A stretch of DNA of 63,609 bases, counting the filler, from Dugesia japonica (lineage: Eukaryota), in assembly GCA_001938525.1 (NCBI GenBank). It is 6 parts of 6 records of this genome, joined end to end, with 100 filler letters (N's around TTAATTAATTAA, not from the genome) between each part and the next. Parts side by side here need not be neighbours in the genome. Positions count along the whole stretch, not along the records: positions 21,115 to 29,549 come from MQRL01586859.1; positions 29,650 to 41,998 come from MQRL01271644.1; 4 more parts are not named here. One strand, given 5' to 3'. A program made the position numbers and the translations under genes. The notes below the pieces were generated by a model, which saw only the letters and a list, made by a program, of their open reading frames with translations, was not told the DNA's origin and did not search any database. Every line of letters begins with the position of its first letter. Positions within the stretch are counted from its first letter, which is position 1. Of the stretch, positions 25,547 through 38,700 are shown one piece after another.

Positions 25547-28500
25547 ATGTTTATGTCCGAGGTCAACTATACGTCAATGGAATCTTCGCCACAGGAGGAA
25601 ATTTCAAACTCTGATGTGGAGAATGTTGCTATGAGTCCAGACAATAATCGAATTGATGTCGTCAATGTTGAACAGTCGCCATTTGATGATCGATCGTCTA
25701 TTAAAAGTGGCAGAAATGGAGATTGTACTCGCAGCTGGACAATGGCAAAAGTTCAAGTTGGATATGATATCACTCGTAAGGGTAAATGACAATTGATTTT
25801 ATTACATCTGGATATGTAAAGAATTTTAGGTGAACGAAGTTTAGTAGTAGACGGTTTCAAATTTACAAAATCCAGGGATGGTACAAATAATCGAGTTTTT
25901 TGGCGATGTTCACGAAGAGAATGTAAAGCTACTGCTGTCACTGTCTGTGATCGGGTAGAACACGTTAGAGCCATTCATGCTCATGAACCTCCTTTGGCTG
26001 CTGAATTTTTTGGTAGTCAAGAAGGTGTATCTCAAAGATGTCAGCTGCAAGAAGTTCGATTTAATACCAGTGCAGCAAATATGCGGCCAAGATATCGTAG
26101 ATCAACAGTGTCTGGGTCAGAAGGTAACACAGAAGATGTATCAAACGTAAAAGACATTTCTAATTCAAATACTGTCAGTTGTGACGTGAAACCTGTTATA
26201 AGTCAAGTAAGTTCAAATATTTGTTAACATTATTTTGAAATTAAATTTTAGAACATAGCACAATCCAAACCATTATTACGTTTGGTTTCAGCTCAACCGG
26301 TCTTCCAGATTAACAATAATAACACTGAAACAAAAGCTGTGTATCCTACATGTAATGGTTTACAGAGAACTCCGTCAGTCAAAGAACAAGTTCGAGATTT
26401 TATTTTACGAAATTCAAATGCTCAGTCATCATCAAATCAGGCAGATAACAACAATGTATCAGTTGCTCAATTTCTCATTTCTCCCGCTTCCCAAACTACT
26501 CAATTTATTCAAACCAATACAACCCCAGTTTCATCAAATAGTACGACTGGTTCAACAATATTCAATTTCAGTACAATGCAGATCAACGCGTCTCCAAATG
26601 CAGGATCAGACTCTACTAGTGATGCGCCAAGTCATAAATCAACACCAGGACTCATGTAAGTAACACTGATAAACGTAACGCAAACATTAATTTGTTATGT
26701 CTCAAATCAACGAAACGACTATCTGTGTAGTTAATGATTACCATTTTGTTCGTTAACCAACTACTACTGACTCACAAAACCACGTGATGAGATATGCTAG
26801 CTAACATTATTAGATCTGTCACTGTGTTGCGTTGTGACCTGACCTGGTGAGGCTGATTACTGTGATGATTGTGTGTATTTGCGTGTGTGTGCCAGTAATT
26901 GCCTAGTTGTTGCCACCACCGCTTACTAAAATTGTTGAAACACCCCTCATTTTCGGACGACTACAGCACTAGTATCCAGATGGGGGACACTGACACAGAT
27001 AATAATAATAATACTAATAATGTCGATTATGATGTTTTGGACAATTGTATTGAATCAATTGATTTCTTTCTTGACAACGAACTGTTGCTGTTGTCAACTG
27101 CAATGTTAAAATTTATTAAATGATATACAAGAGATTGTGACTGGAATAATAATAATAAATAATAATTATTACTATATTTATTATTATTAATAAAAAAGAT
27201 AATAATAAAATACTCTTTATTAATATTTTGTATGAATAATTCTTTNNNNNNNNNNNNNNNNNNNNNNNNNNNNNNNNNNNNNNNNNNNNNNNNNNNNNNN
27301 NNNNNNNNNNNNNNNNNNNNNNNNNNNNNNNNNNNNNNNNNNNNNNNNNNNNNNNNNNNNNNNNNNNNNNNNNNNNNNNNNNNNNNNNNNNNNNNNNNNN
27401 NNNNNNNNNNNNNNNNNNNNNNNNNNNNNNNNNNNNNNNNNNNNNNNNNNNNNNNNNNNNNNNNNNNNNNNNNNNNATGAGAAGCAGAAAAATAAATTTC
27501 AATTAATCAGAGTCGACTTGTTGAGCTGATTTGTTTATGGGTAAAATGGTGCCAGTTTAGCAGATGATGATTTTATCATGATTTCTATTGGATGAAAATA
27601 AATAAATTATTTAAATAGAAATATGAATCCTGTGTAAATTGAGTTTTAACTAATTCATTCCAATTATTAACAGTTTGATACAATGAAAAATAGTTGGATT
27701 GTTGGAAAAATGTTGATAATTTGCAAACAGAAAACTGACTGGTTGTTGTTACGTAATCAGATTAACATTTATTATTAAACTGTTTTGAAATGTTGACAAA
27801 TTTAATTTCTATTCGACTCAATTAGAAGAGATTCCTAAAAATGATTCTTTATAAATTTACCAGCTTATAAAACTATATTATTATTATGATGTTATTATTA
27901 TTAATATATTATTGATATTGATATATTTTTATTTTATTATTTTTATTTTATTATTATTATTTTTCATTTAAAATAAAATTTTTGATTGAAGCTTTTATAT
28001 TAAATGAATTCTATAAAACGATCAATAGTTTATGTCCAACAATTATTGTCGCAATTATTGCAATTGTAAAATTATTATTTTTATTATATTATTTTTATTA
28101 TTATATTATTTTTATTATTATATTATTTTTATTATTATATTATTTTTATTATATTATTTTTATTATTATATTATTTTTATTATTATAATATTATTATTAT
28201 TAATGTTATTTTTATTATATTATTTACAATTCTATTTTATTATTATATTATTATTATTAATATTTTATTTTTATTATTAATGTTTTATTATATTATTTTT
28301 ATAATATTTTTAGAATTCATTTAAAATAAAAGCTTCAATCAAAATTTTGGTTTTTGATAACAATTTTGATTAATAATTACGTCCAACAATTATTCTCGCA
28401 AAATTGTAATTGTAAAATTTATATTATTATTAATATTTTATTATTATTTCATTATTATTAATATTATTATTATTTGTATTATTATATTAGAAATATGCCG

Positions 28501-29412
28501 GCGACTCCTCAAAATGACAATCAATATAAGAACAAAATCAATGATACTGCCATTAATCAACTGAATCTTGAACAAATCATACAAATCATACGAGCGTCAA
28601 ATAGACAACGTTCATGTTCCGATAGCGAGTGGGTGGCAGCGAATTCTANCAGCACCGTGTCATATGATCATGATCCTCAGGAACTATCTCCATCTACTGT
28701 GGCCGGTTAGTGCAATTTCTTGATGATGATGATTATATTATGATTTAAATTATGATTATTAATTATTATCATTATTAATCATCAATATTATCGAACCGAT
28801 TGATGCGTGACTCGTGCACACATATATGATAGTAACACGAATTGATGCGAACTAGTTAGTCAAGTGTCAATGATATTGTTGCTGTCAATATTGTGATATT
28901 AATAATGAAATATTCCATTCTACCCATTCATTTCTCAATTTTAATAAATTATTATTATTTCAGCCCCAAATTTATCCGATGATCAGACCTGTTTTCCTTC
29001 CACGACAAATGTTACTGTAACTACTCCTTCAAGATTCATTCACTGGAAAAAAGAAAAATTAAGGGAATCTGAAACATGTGAGGAACAATTTCGTCGAGAC
29101 AGAAAGCGCCGACATGATGACATCAGTGGTAATGGATAATTGATGAAATGATCTAATTGTAGAATTTGTCTAGAATTACAAACTCCAGTTATTGGTCTAT
29201 GTGAGACGACAATGCCTGAATCGAGTGAATTATTCTCATTTCTCAACTCGTTCCGTCCTGCTATAACTCACAAATTGATGGGAGTAATGCAGAAGTTGTC
29301 ATCGGAATTGTGCCCTGAAGAAGCTGTTGCTCAAGAAGTTTTCGAGAAATGCACAGCTATCAAAACATGTCTGGAGACTTTAGAGAAATTGCACTCATTG
29401 ATGAGTTTTTAA
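25547..29412 (+). CDS. FLYWCH-type zinc finger protein, 6 exons
   Basis: Exons 25547-25781, 25830-26206, 26252-26655, 28491-~28705, 28964-29128, 29174-29412 splice in phase with GT-AG. TRKG/ERSLVVDGFKFTK..RVFWRCSRRECKATAVT..HAH is a FLYWCH domain; the rest is S/N/T-rich. Confidence 0.85.
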
Positions 29413-29549
29413 TGAAACCAAATGGTTTGTGTATGTGTGTGCATACAGACACACACACATATGCATGCATGCATGCACACATATATTGCATTGCATTGGG
29501 TGCCTTGTTGATAGGAATGTTGACTTTATTTTTATATGCTCTATTTCTA

Positions 29550-29649
29550 NNNNNNNNNNNNNNNNNNNNNNNNNNNNNNNNNNNNNNNNNNNNTTAATTA
29601 ATTAANNNNNNNNNNNNNNNNNNNNNNNNNNNNNNNNNNNNNNNNNNNN
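29550..29649. other. Artificial scaffold spacer
   Basis: N44, TTAATTAATTAA (29594-29605), N44. Confidence 0.97.
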
Positions 29650-30752
29650 TAGAAAAAGTAGCAGCGTATATGAAGCATAAATATAACCTGAAATATTTGT
29701 GGAGCAAAGTACAAGAGGTTGTCTAAAGTTGTATAAAATGGCAAAAAGCTAAATTGTTGACAACAAAAACGAAGGAATAAACAAAGTTTGAACTGTTACT
29801 TATAGATGCGTGTGGACCACTGTCGGAGACAAGAGGTCGAAAGAAATATGTTTTCAGTATAATAGACCCATGCAGTAAGTATGTAGCCTTGATAGCAATG
29901 ACGAGACAAGATGAAGATACCATACGGAAAGCAATATTTGAGAAGTAGATAATCAAGTCTGGGTTTTCGAGAGTAATTCGAGTTGATTGTGGAAGAGATT
30001 TTGAGTCTAAATCAATGAAAGATTTTGCTGCTGAATATGAAATTAACCTCAGGTTTTCGAGTTTATAGTATCGTAACACAAATAGAAAAATCGAAAGGCA
30101 GTTTAGAACTATGCGGGAAATGATTAATGAAATGCCTGAAGAAATGAAAACTTCAGATTGGGCAGACATATTGCTAGATATAAAATTTAAAATTAACGCT
30201 ACAAAACAGAAAACTATTTGGAAAAGCTCTCCTGAAATCGTATTTACGAGGAGAATTAATGTAGAAAAATGTTAAGAAACAGATACTTAAAGAGTGCACA
30301 AAGAGCAAAACAAAGAGAAACAAGCCAAAGGACAATTTAAGGTTGATGATGAGATCGAAACAATGATGAAAGTTGAAACAAGTAACTAAATCAAAGATCG
30401 ATTTAAAGGGCCACATAAGTCCAAGTGGAAAGTTCACGACAGACGTTACATTCAGGAAGATAAAAGTGGAAAGAATTCTCGAAATAACTGAAGAGAAGAT
30501 TAAAAACTTATTTAAAAAGAGGCATGTGGAAAAAGCAGATTTAAATATTTTGTATTTTGAAACGGAATTTTTTAAAATCAGATTTGTTAAATATTTGGAT
30601 TAAATCATTAAAATAATTTGTAAAATAAATTTTAAAGTTTATTTGTGTACAGAAAGCGAAAATATAATTTATAATTTGTGTTCAATATAAAATTTTTAAT
30701 TTTTATAATTTTATTATAATGTATAAAATTATAAAACTTCTGATTTTCAACA
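29650..30752 (+). mobile_element. Gypsy integrase remnant plus probable 3' LTR (about 30525-30752)
   Basis: FELLLIDACGPLSETRGRKKYVFSIID..SKYVAL, RVDCGRDFES, NTNRKIERQFRT; related to 9184-10090. Purine tract then TG...AACA. Confidence 0.8.
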
Positions 30753-31234
30753 AAATATCTTTTTTATTGTATTTTTAAATTTTACGTTATTGCAATGTAA
30801 AATAAACTTACTAAGTGAAATATTTTTCGAAATGCTGATGTTTTCTATTTTTCGTTTTGAAATTGAAATTTTTTAATTTGTTTGAAATTAATAAATTTAT
30901 ATTCATTTTTTTGTGAATAAATCTTTTATGGAAACGAGTCTTGAAATTAATTATCCGATGAGTACTTCAAACTCCTTTTTTTGTTGTATTGACTTCAAAA
31001 TCTTTCGCACAATGTAAATAGTGCCAGTTTATGGTTCTATAACAATACTTTGTATTGATAATGCTGAATGAAATGAAATGGACTTGAGTAATACAAAATA
31101 GAATGGAGTCGAATTTCTTAAGGCAAGATTAATGTAATCGAAAAAGAATTTTAAATTCGATTCAAATGGAATCGAAAATAATTTATAAATCTTTTTTGGA
31201 AATAAACTTACAAAAAGTTTGCAGAACCTCTGCT

Positions 31235-31285
31235 ATTAGTCCACGGAACTCTTGGGTTCTGCGGAACACTCTTTGGGAAACGCTG
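31235..31285 (-). mobile_element. hAT (Charlie-like) terminal sequence
   Basis: Minus strand from 31285 reads CAGCGTTTCCCAAAGAGTGTTCCGCAGAACCC; partner end not identified. Confidence 0.5.
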
Positions 31286-31499
31286 GACTGTCATCTTAAA
31301 GCAGCATCACTGTTTAAATAAAAGTTTGAGGAGAATAATGGAAGTCCGCAAGTATTCCAATTTCTGAATCCAAGTCTAATTTAAAAACTAAGGAGTATGG
31401 TTTTTTCGTGTAATGATTTTTGAATTCTCGATTTGGAATTATTATAATTCTTAAAGGAGAAGACCAGCTAAAGATGAATGATAATTCTGTGTGCATTGA

Positions 31500-32000
31500 G
31501 TTTTCATCAAGGAGAAATATTAACTAGCTTATTTCTTTGAGGTTTTCTGATGAAATCATTAAAAAGAGATTAGGGTCAGTTCGATCTATTTGCTAATGAT
31601 GACGCCTACATATTGATAGGTGTCTAGATTAGAGATATTTGGAATAGATCGATTGTTGATAGTGATGTTAACATTACCGATAAAATGTGACCGTTTGGTA
31701 ATTACACTTAGCTAGGTTGAAGATTAAATCACTTTAGGAGGCCCATTTTAAAGCTGAGTTCACCAACGTCTGAAAGATTTCGTCATTTTTTCCAAGCAGC
31801 ACGATGTCATCAGCGTAGATTGGAATGGAGATAAGATGATAGGTATTTGAATCCAGGTATTGCATTTTACTGGCATAGTATTTAGACAAATGTTGAAAAT
31901 AAGAATCGAGGGAGTGTAGGTCTGTAATAACCTTTTATGATCGGAATGAGTGATGTGGGACAAATTGACCGGTATAAAGTTAAGAGCAGTTGTAATATAT
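31500..32000 (-). pseudogene. Non-LTR retrotransposon reverse transcriptase fragment
   Basis: IYADDIVLLG..FQTLV..LKW..LIFNLAKC then YVGVII; an upstream SDH motif may be the end of an APE endonuclease. Confidence 0.75.
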
Positions 32001-32795
32001 CGATTGAATAAAGTTTGTAGAGTAACTATTCTTATCCATTCAGTGAAGAATATCAGTGCTGTGTAGAACCAAAGTATTATATATGTCAAGAAAGGCCCTA
32101 CGAACCTCCTTCAGATAATTTCATTTTGAGTTTTATAGAGAGTTCTGTAACTGTTGTTGTATTCTATAGATACTTCAGAGACTCCAGTACCATTTTGGAG
32201 AGGATGAAGTAGTTTTTAATTGTATACTCATTTTTCAGTTGCTCAGTGAAGCAAGCATTGAATGTTTAATAATAATAATAATGAAAGAAATTTATAAATT
32301 ATTATGGTCATGAATCTCAGCACAGACATTTGTTTACTTTTGATTATGTTTGTGATATACATGTGAACATATAGAATCGAAGGATATTAAAATTTATATA
32401 AATTCTATTATTCTTAATATCACGACAAATATTTTATTTAATGAAGCTTTATACTTTTTAAATATTAAATGTGTTTAAAGCAAAATTTATTAAAAGTGAA
32501 AAATATTTAGATAATAACTTGAAAAAATACGAAATAATTTTTTTTACGCATACAACCTTCTCGTGATAAAACATAACCAAACAAAAAAGTTAAAATTTAA
32601 AGATTTATCTTTTATATTGTAACACAAAATAGAGAAATTAAAATATTATTTAATTCATTTATACATTTTAACATTAATTCGAAAAATTAAATATTATTTA
32701 CTGTGAATAATATTAGTTTAAAATTGAAATAAGCATAAAAAATTTATTATGTACAAAAACTATTAGATAATATAAAAATTAAAATTTTAATTTAG

Positions 32796-35700
32796 TCAAA
32801 ACTAGACGATTTCGCGAAATTATACAATGTTATTCAAATGGAAAGAAATAAATGTGCTAATCTTATAAATTCTGTCACTCACAAAAGTTCAGAAATGAGA
32901 GAGAAAATAAGAATTCTTAGTAATGAAATTGAAATTCTCAGAACAAATTTAACCCAGAAAGAAAAATACGTACAAAAACAAAGAACCAAGTTGACTGAAA
33001 TGATTTCCTTACGGGACTCTTTGCAATCAGACATTTCCAAAAAAGTGATTTTTTAATCTTATATATCCTATTATTTTGTCTATTAAAAGAATATTATTGT
33101 GGCAAAACGAAAAGAAAGACGTGATCAAATTCAATTGGATATACAAAGACTTAATCATTTAGGAAATCAAGCTGAAGAAGCGATGGTTTCTTTGAGAAAA
33201 CAGAATGATTTGGCTTTGCAAAATAGGAATGATAGAGCTGTGCAACTTATCGAACGAAATGAAGAATTATGTATTCTTCAGGTAATCATTATTTTATTCT
33301 TATTTATTTATTTCAACCACTAGGAAAAGTTTAATATAAAAGAAGAAATAATAAGAGCAAGCGAAAAAGAAACCCAAATCGGTATTGACGAAATAGAGTT
33401 TTTGAAACAAAACATTAAAGAATTGAAGCGACAAAATAAATTGCTTAGAAACAAATTAGATAATAAAATCAAGTTAGAAAGAGAAGCAATAAACTTAAAA
33501 ATTCAAGTAAAATTTTCTATTTTAAATCATAACTATATAAATAAGTAAAGAGATGCATACACACTGGGTCACCTGTGAATGAAATTGATTCTATTATGTA
33601 ATTAATACACACATAATAAGCATGGCATTTGACCTATTACATGATCATCTTCATGGAACTCGATATTGCATAAAGCAAAACACAATTGCCATGTTGCACA
33701 TATATAACCATTATTATTATCATTATAATAATTATTATTATCATTGTCATTATCAATTTTATTTTATGATTATTATTTTTTAACAAATGGATATTACCTA
33801 TCAAATATTTTAACACCACAAATGCATATTTCTTAATATTTTTATCATTATAAATAAATCTAAATTCATTGTACTTTATAAAATAACAATAAATATGTCT
33901 ATATTTATTAAAATATACATTATCAATAAATAAAAAATGACAAATATATAACTACATTTATTTCAGCATATAAATACAAAATCATCTTCGTCTTCTTCTT
34001 TGATAAATTGAGGTCAATAAAACATAGCGACTGTATACTTAATTAATTATTAATTTTATAATGACCATATGCTATGTTAGTATTTCTTCCACTCCAAAAC
34101 GTTTACCATCCAGGCATGATAACACACATTTCATATTTTCTATTGTGTAAACTTGAAAATTTATTAATTGCAAGCTAGTCTACATAACCTTGTTTGTTTT
34201 CATTTCTTCTTGTTCTTCATCTTTATTGTACGCATTTACATAGTTTTGATTATTGACATCTGTTTGTTTTCAACTGATTAATTTCGCCTTCATTGTCATA
34301 CCAGCATTTTCTTTCTTCAAACTATAATATTTTGGTCTTAGAAATACCCATTCAGTATAATTGTCACCTTGTCCTTCCTCGTTAGACAATCATATTCTGT
34401 TGGCTACAATACTGGAATAGTTTGAATTTTCTTATAGATAACTTATTGTATTCAACAATCTATCCAATTTCATTTATCAAGAGTTGTTTTTTTTATCTAT
34501 TCCTGTACATGATACGAAAAAACTATCCATATCCCAGCAATAATATCATAATTTACAGTGAAATCGTTGACGATATTTTTCAAGTTCTTTATATTGAAGC
34601 CTGTACATTTGCAATTGACTCAAATCCAGTACTATCTGGCCAAAATGACTTGGTCTTTTGAGACATATAGTGTTTTTGCCCAGTAAGAAAGCCTGTGATA
34701 TTCATTGTTTTCTTAAANATTACTTTGCTAGTGTAAGTTAAGAATTTGTTCTTATTGTTACATATCCAGAATTGCTTGCGTTTCTTCAAATTCTCCACTG
34801 TCTTGCCATATAGCTCATTATTTAACAGTTTGTAAAAGTCTTTTACAAATTTGGATTTTGATTCTGCTCTAGATCAATCGAACAAAAATTTTGAATCTAT
34901 CAAGCAATCTAATAATAATTGGATGTTTGGTATCAAAAAAGATACTTGTTCGATAATCATATTTAGTTTTCGTTAGTTCACACATCCTTATCGAACCATT
35001 TTATTTCTGACTATTACTAAAGGTGAATTCAACGAGCTTTTACATTTGTTAGCTACACAAATATTTATTACATTCTCTATCAATATTATTTTCGAAGTGC
35101 ATTGGTTATATCTGGGAATGCTGAAAGGTTGGGTTTCCAATACTTTTATTTGATGCACGAATGTTTTGTGTGTTGAATATCAAATTCAGAAGCCATATAT
35201 ATTCAACCAAATTTCGTAATTAGATAAAATATATCTTTGTTATTGGCTTTTTTAAAAACATTAGAATCATAATTCTTTTTATCGTAGTTAGAGTGATTTT
35301 TCCCCAGACATTCAGCTTCAATATTTGAATTTTAACTACAATCAGTTTTATTCCGAAATTATTTATTACATCAATTTTACCAATTAATTATGATCGTATC
35401 TTTTTAACTATTATAATTTTGATAATTTTAACTTTATTCTTTGTTTAGCGCTCATTGCTACACATCCAAACGGTCTCTCTGCACTGCTCGAAAGCACATT
35501 CGTTTAATACAACATTGAATCATTACAAGGAGGGTTTCACTACTTTCATCCAGTACTCTTCGCTCATAACTGTAATTGATACTCCGGAATGTCATCGGAT
35601 TTCTAATTTTATTTTATTCACTTCCACTCCGCGCTACTCTTTTTCGTCTTCATTCTCATAGATATTTCTTCTATGTTCAGCATTTCTATTCGATCTGTCC

Positions 35701-38700
35701 ATTAACGTGCTAAATTCTTTGACAAAATGTTCGCTATAAGGTTGTCCTAGATTTTCTCATTGACAATATCACGCGTTACAAAACTCTTATCTTCGTCCGT
35801 TTGTACCTCTTACATCTTGATTTCATTAAATTTTATACATCAATTTCATTTAGTAATTTTCAAATCTTCATAAATTTGTTAAGTAATTTATCAATTTTGT
35901 TTAAACATACTAATATAACCAAATTCAACAAAAGTTGGACTAATTCCATTATTTTATATACTATTTTCTTAAAGTTATACAAGTATGCATACATTTTCTA
36001 AGTAATATATTAATTTAAATAGGCCATACACATATTTCTTTAACAAACAGGAATTTCATTAAATTGTGTAATTAATTTCATATAGATATAACCAAATTTC
36101 AATAAAATAATATCAATTTTATACAAAATTCATTAAATCACACAACAATTTCATTAAATATTGTACAAATTACATTGAAAAGGTGGCGTAGGAAGGATGG
36201 TAGTGGTTGCCCCGGGTGACATTTTTGTTTCTATTTATTAAAAAAGCGGGATGAATTCCTTAGATCAATTTTATCGTGATACCGGTTTCATAATTGTTTA
36301 AAAAATATTCCTCTTTCATTTTTTTCAAACAATAAAAAATGCACCGAATTAAATCAATTTTCATGACATTGTATGAAAAGTTTCAGCAATAACAAAGAGA
36401 AAGCGACTCACAAGTCAAAATTAAAAAATATGTTGGTGTATCGGACATTCGTTTTCGAGAACTGTTTGTTTTCATTATCACTGCAATCGGATTATTTATT
36501 TTTATTGTGTGTGTCCTAATGCTGTTCTCAATTTTAGTTATATTCTCAGCGCAAGATAATAATACTATTTTATATTTTAGTGTATTATGTATAATCAATT
36601 GTTTTGTTTTTAAAATTCAAATTTTTAATATGCAGTGAAAATTCTAGTTATTTGTATTATATGAAATTTACGTATTAAAAATAAATATTAAAAACGTATT
36701 ATATTATCAATATTAGCGAGAACAAACAAAAATATTCATCATATTATATAAAGGCGACAAAGTTATTCAGATCGAGTGATCTCATCCCCATTTGTGGCTT
36801 ATAAGAACTTATATCGTACGCTCTCTTCCGTAAAGAAAATGTTATATTGCTTTACTTTTGGTTTTAACAAATTTCTTGATAAAAAACGAAATCCTTTAGT
36901 ATATTTTGGTTAATTAGAAACATTACCAAACTATGGTGCAAAAAGACATTCTGTAAATATTAAGCATAAAAGTAATTTGTTTGTTTAATCTATATATTTT
37001 TATTAATTTTAATATTGATGTCTTCATTATTATTCCATTACTCTATATCAAGATAAATCGAAAAAATTAAAGTGATGTTGCGTTTAGAAAAATAGAAGGC
37101 TAGAGAGACGGGGTTAAAAACTGATAATTACTTGAAAATTGCTTGAGCTTTAGAACAGTTAATTGATGAAGAATAATATACAACTACCAGGTCAGGTGTT
37201 GGTGTACTGCTAGTTGCACTACAATCTTTTCATTTCNNNNNNNNNNNNNNNNNNNNAGTAACCGTCCTTCTGGAAATTAACGACACAAACCTATCTTCAA
37301 ACCAAAAGATGTTTTTAAAAATGTTTTTATTTAACCGGGAAGACTTGGTAACTAATTTAGTAACCTTTAACAAAGAAATGTGCAATGATATGGAAATAGT
37401 TATGGATGTGAAACTAGAAAACGAATGGCTAGTGAAAAATCACAGAATTTTGGATTGCCATACGAAATTGAGTTGAGACAAGAAATGTTTTCCGCGTTGG
37501 AGAATATGATTCAAGAAAATACTTTGAGATTTCGACAGCTCTACTTTCTTGATGAGAAATATGCTTTCCTTACACCGTCGAATCATTTAAAGGAAAAATG
37601 TTAGTGTCTTGATGATTATGATGATATTGATCAGGAGGAATTTCTCGAAGAGAAAAAAATATTGCAACATTTTATTGCTGTTACTGCTAAGCAAGATAAA
37701 ACAGAAATATAGGTGGAAGGTACTTATGAAATTTTGCAGTTTATTCAAAATTATCGTCTCAGTAATTCAGTACTAAATATTGCTATAATCTTGCGAATTA
37801 TCCTTACTATTGCTGCTGTTTGTGTAGCTAATTTTGAGAGGAGTATCTGAAAATTAAAATTAATCAAAAATCATTTAAAATCTACTATGAATAGCTTGTG
37901 GTTAGAAAATTTTGCCATATTCTCTATATGGACACCAGCTGAGAGAGAAGATATACTTCGACGATGTTTTCGATGATTTNNNNNNNNNNNNNNNNNNNNN
38001 NNNNNNNNNNNNNNNNNNNNNNNNNNNNNNNCTTTTTTATATTTTTGCATAAATTAATTTTATTTTCATTATAAATTTTGTATTTCTTTTAGTTTTTAAA
38101 TTTTTTGCTTTAAATAATTTTACCTAAAATAACTAAATACATTTCAATAAAATATTTTTAAAAAGTAAATAAATTTTTTACAATTTTGACCTTTTATACA
38201 TATAAATCATATATTTGATTGATAAGGGCGCAAATTATTTGGACCGTCTCAAGCGGAATATACCCTCGCAACATCACTACATTGAAATATACATAAATTT
38301 CATTAAAATATACAAACTTCATTATTATATACAATTTTTTAAAATAGTTTACTAAACATAAAAATTTTATATATATACTAGGTTCATTAAATTATATCTA
38401 AATTTCAATAAGTAATATAACAATTTTATTAAAACATACAAATTTCAGTCATTTTTACTGAATTTATAAAAATAATTAAAGCAATTAATTAAAATCCATG
38501 CATCAAATTCATTACGTATTGTACTAATTTCATTAAAATGTGTTAATTTTATTAGAATATGTACATGATTCATACAATTATATACATATTTTAATCTCCT
38601 TCAGATTTTCATTCTTGACCTTCTTTATAAGCAAATCAATTCACGATTTCATCATTACCTAATCCTGAATTGAGTATACAGTTTACTAAATTCCTTACTC

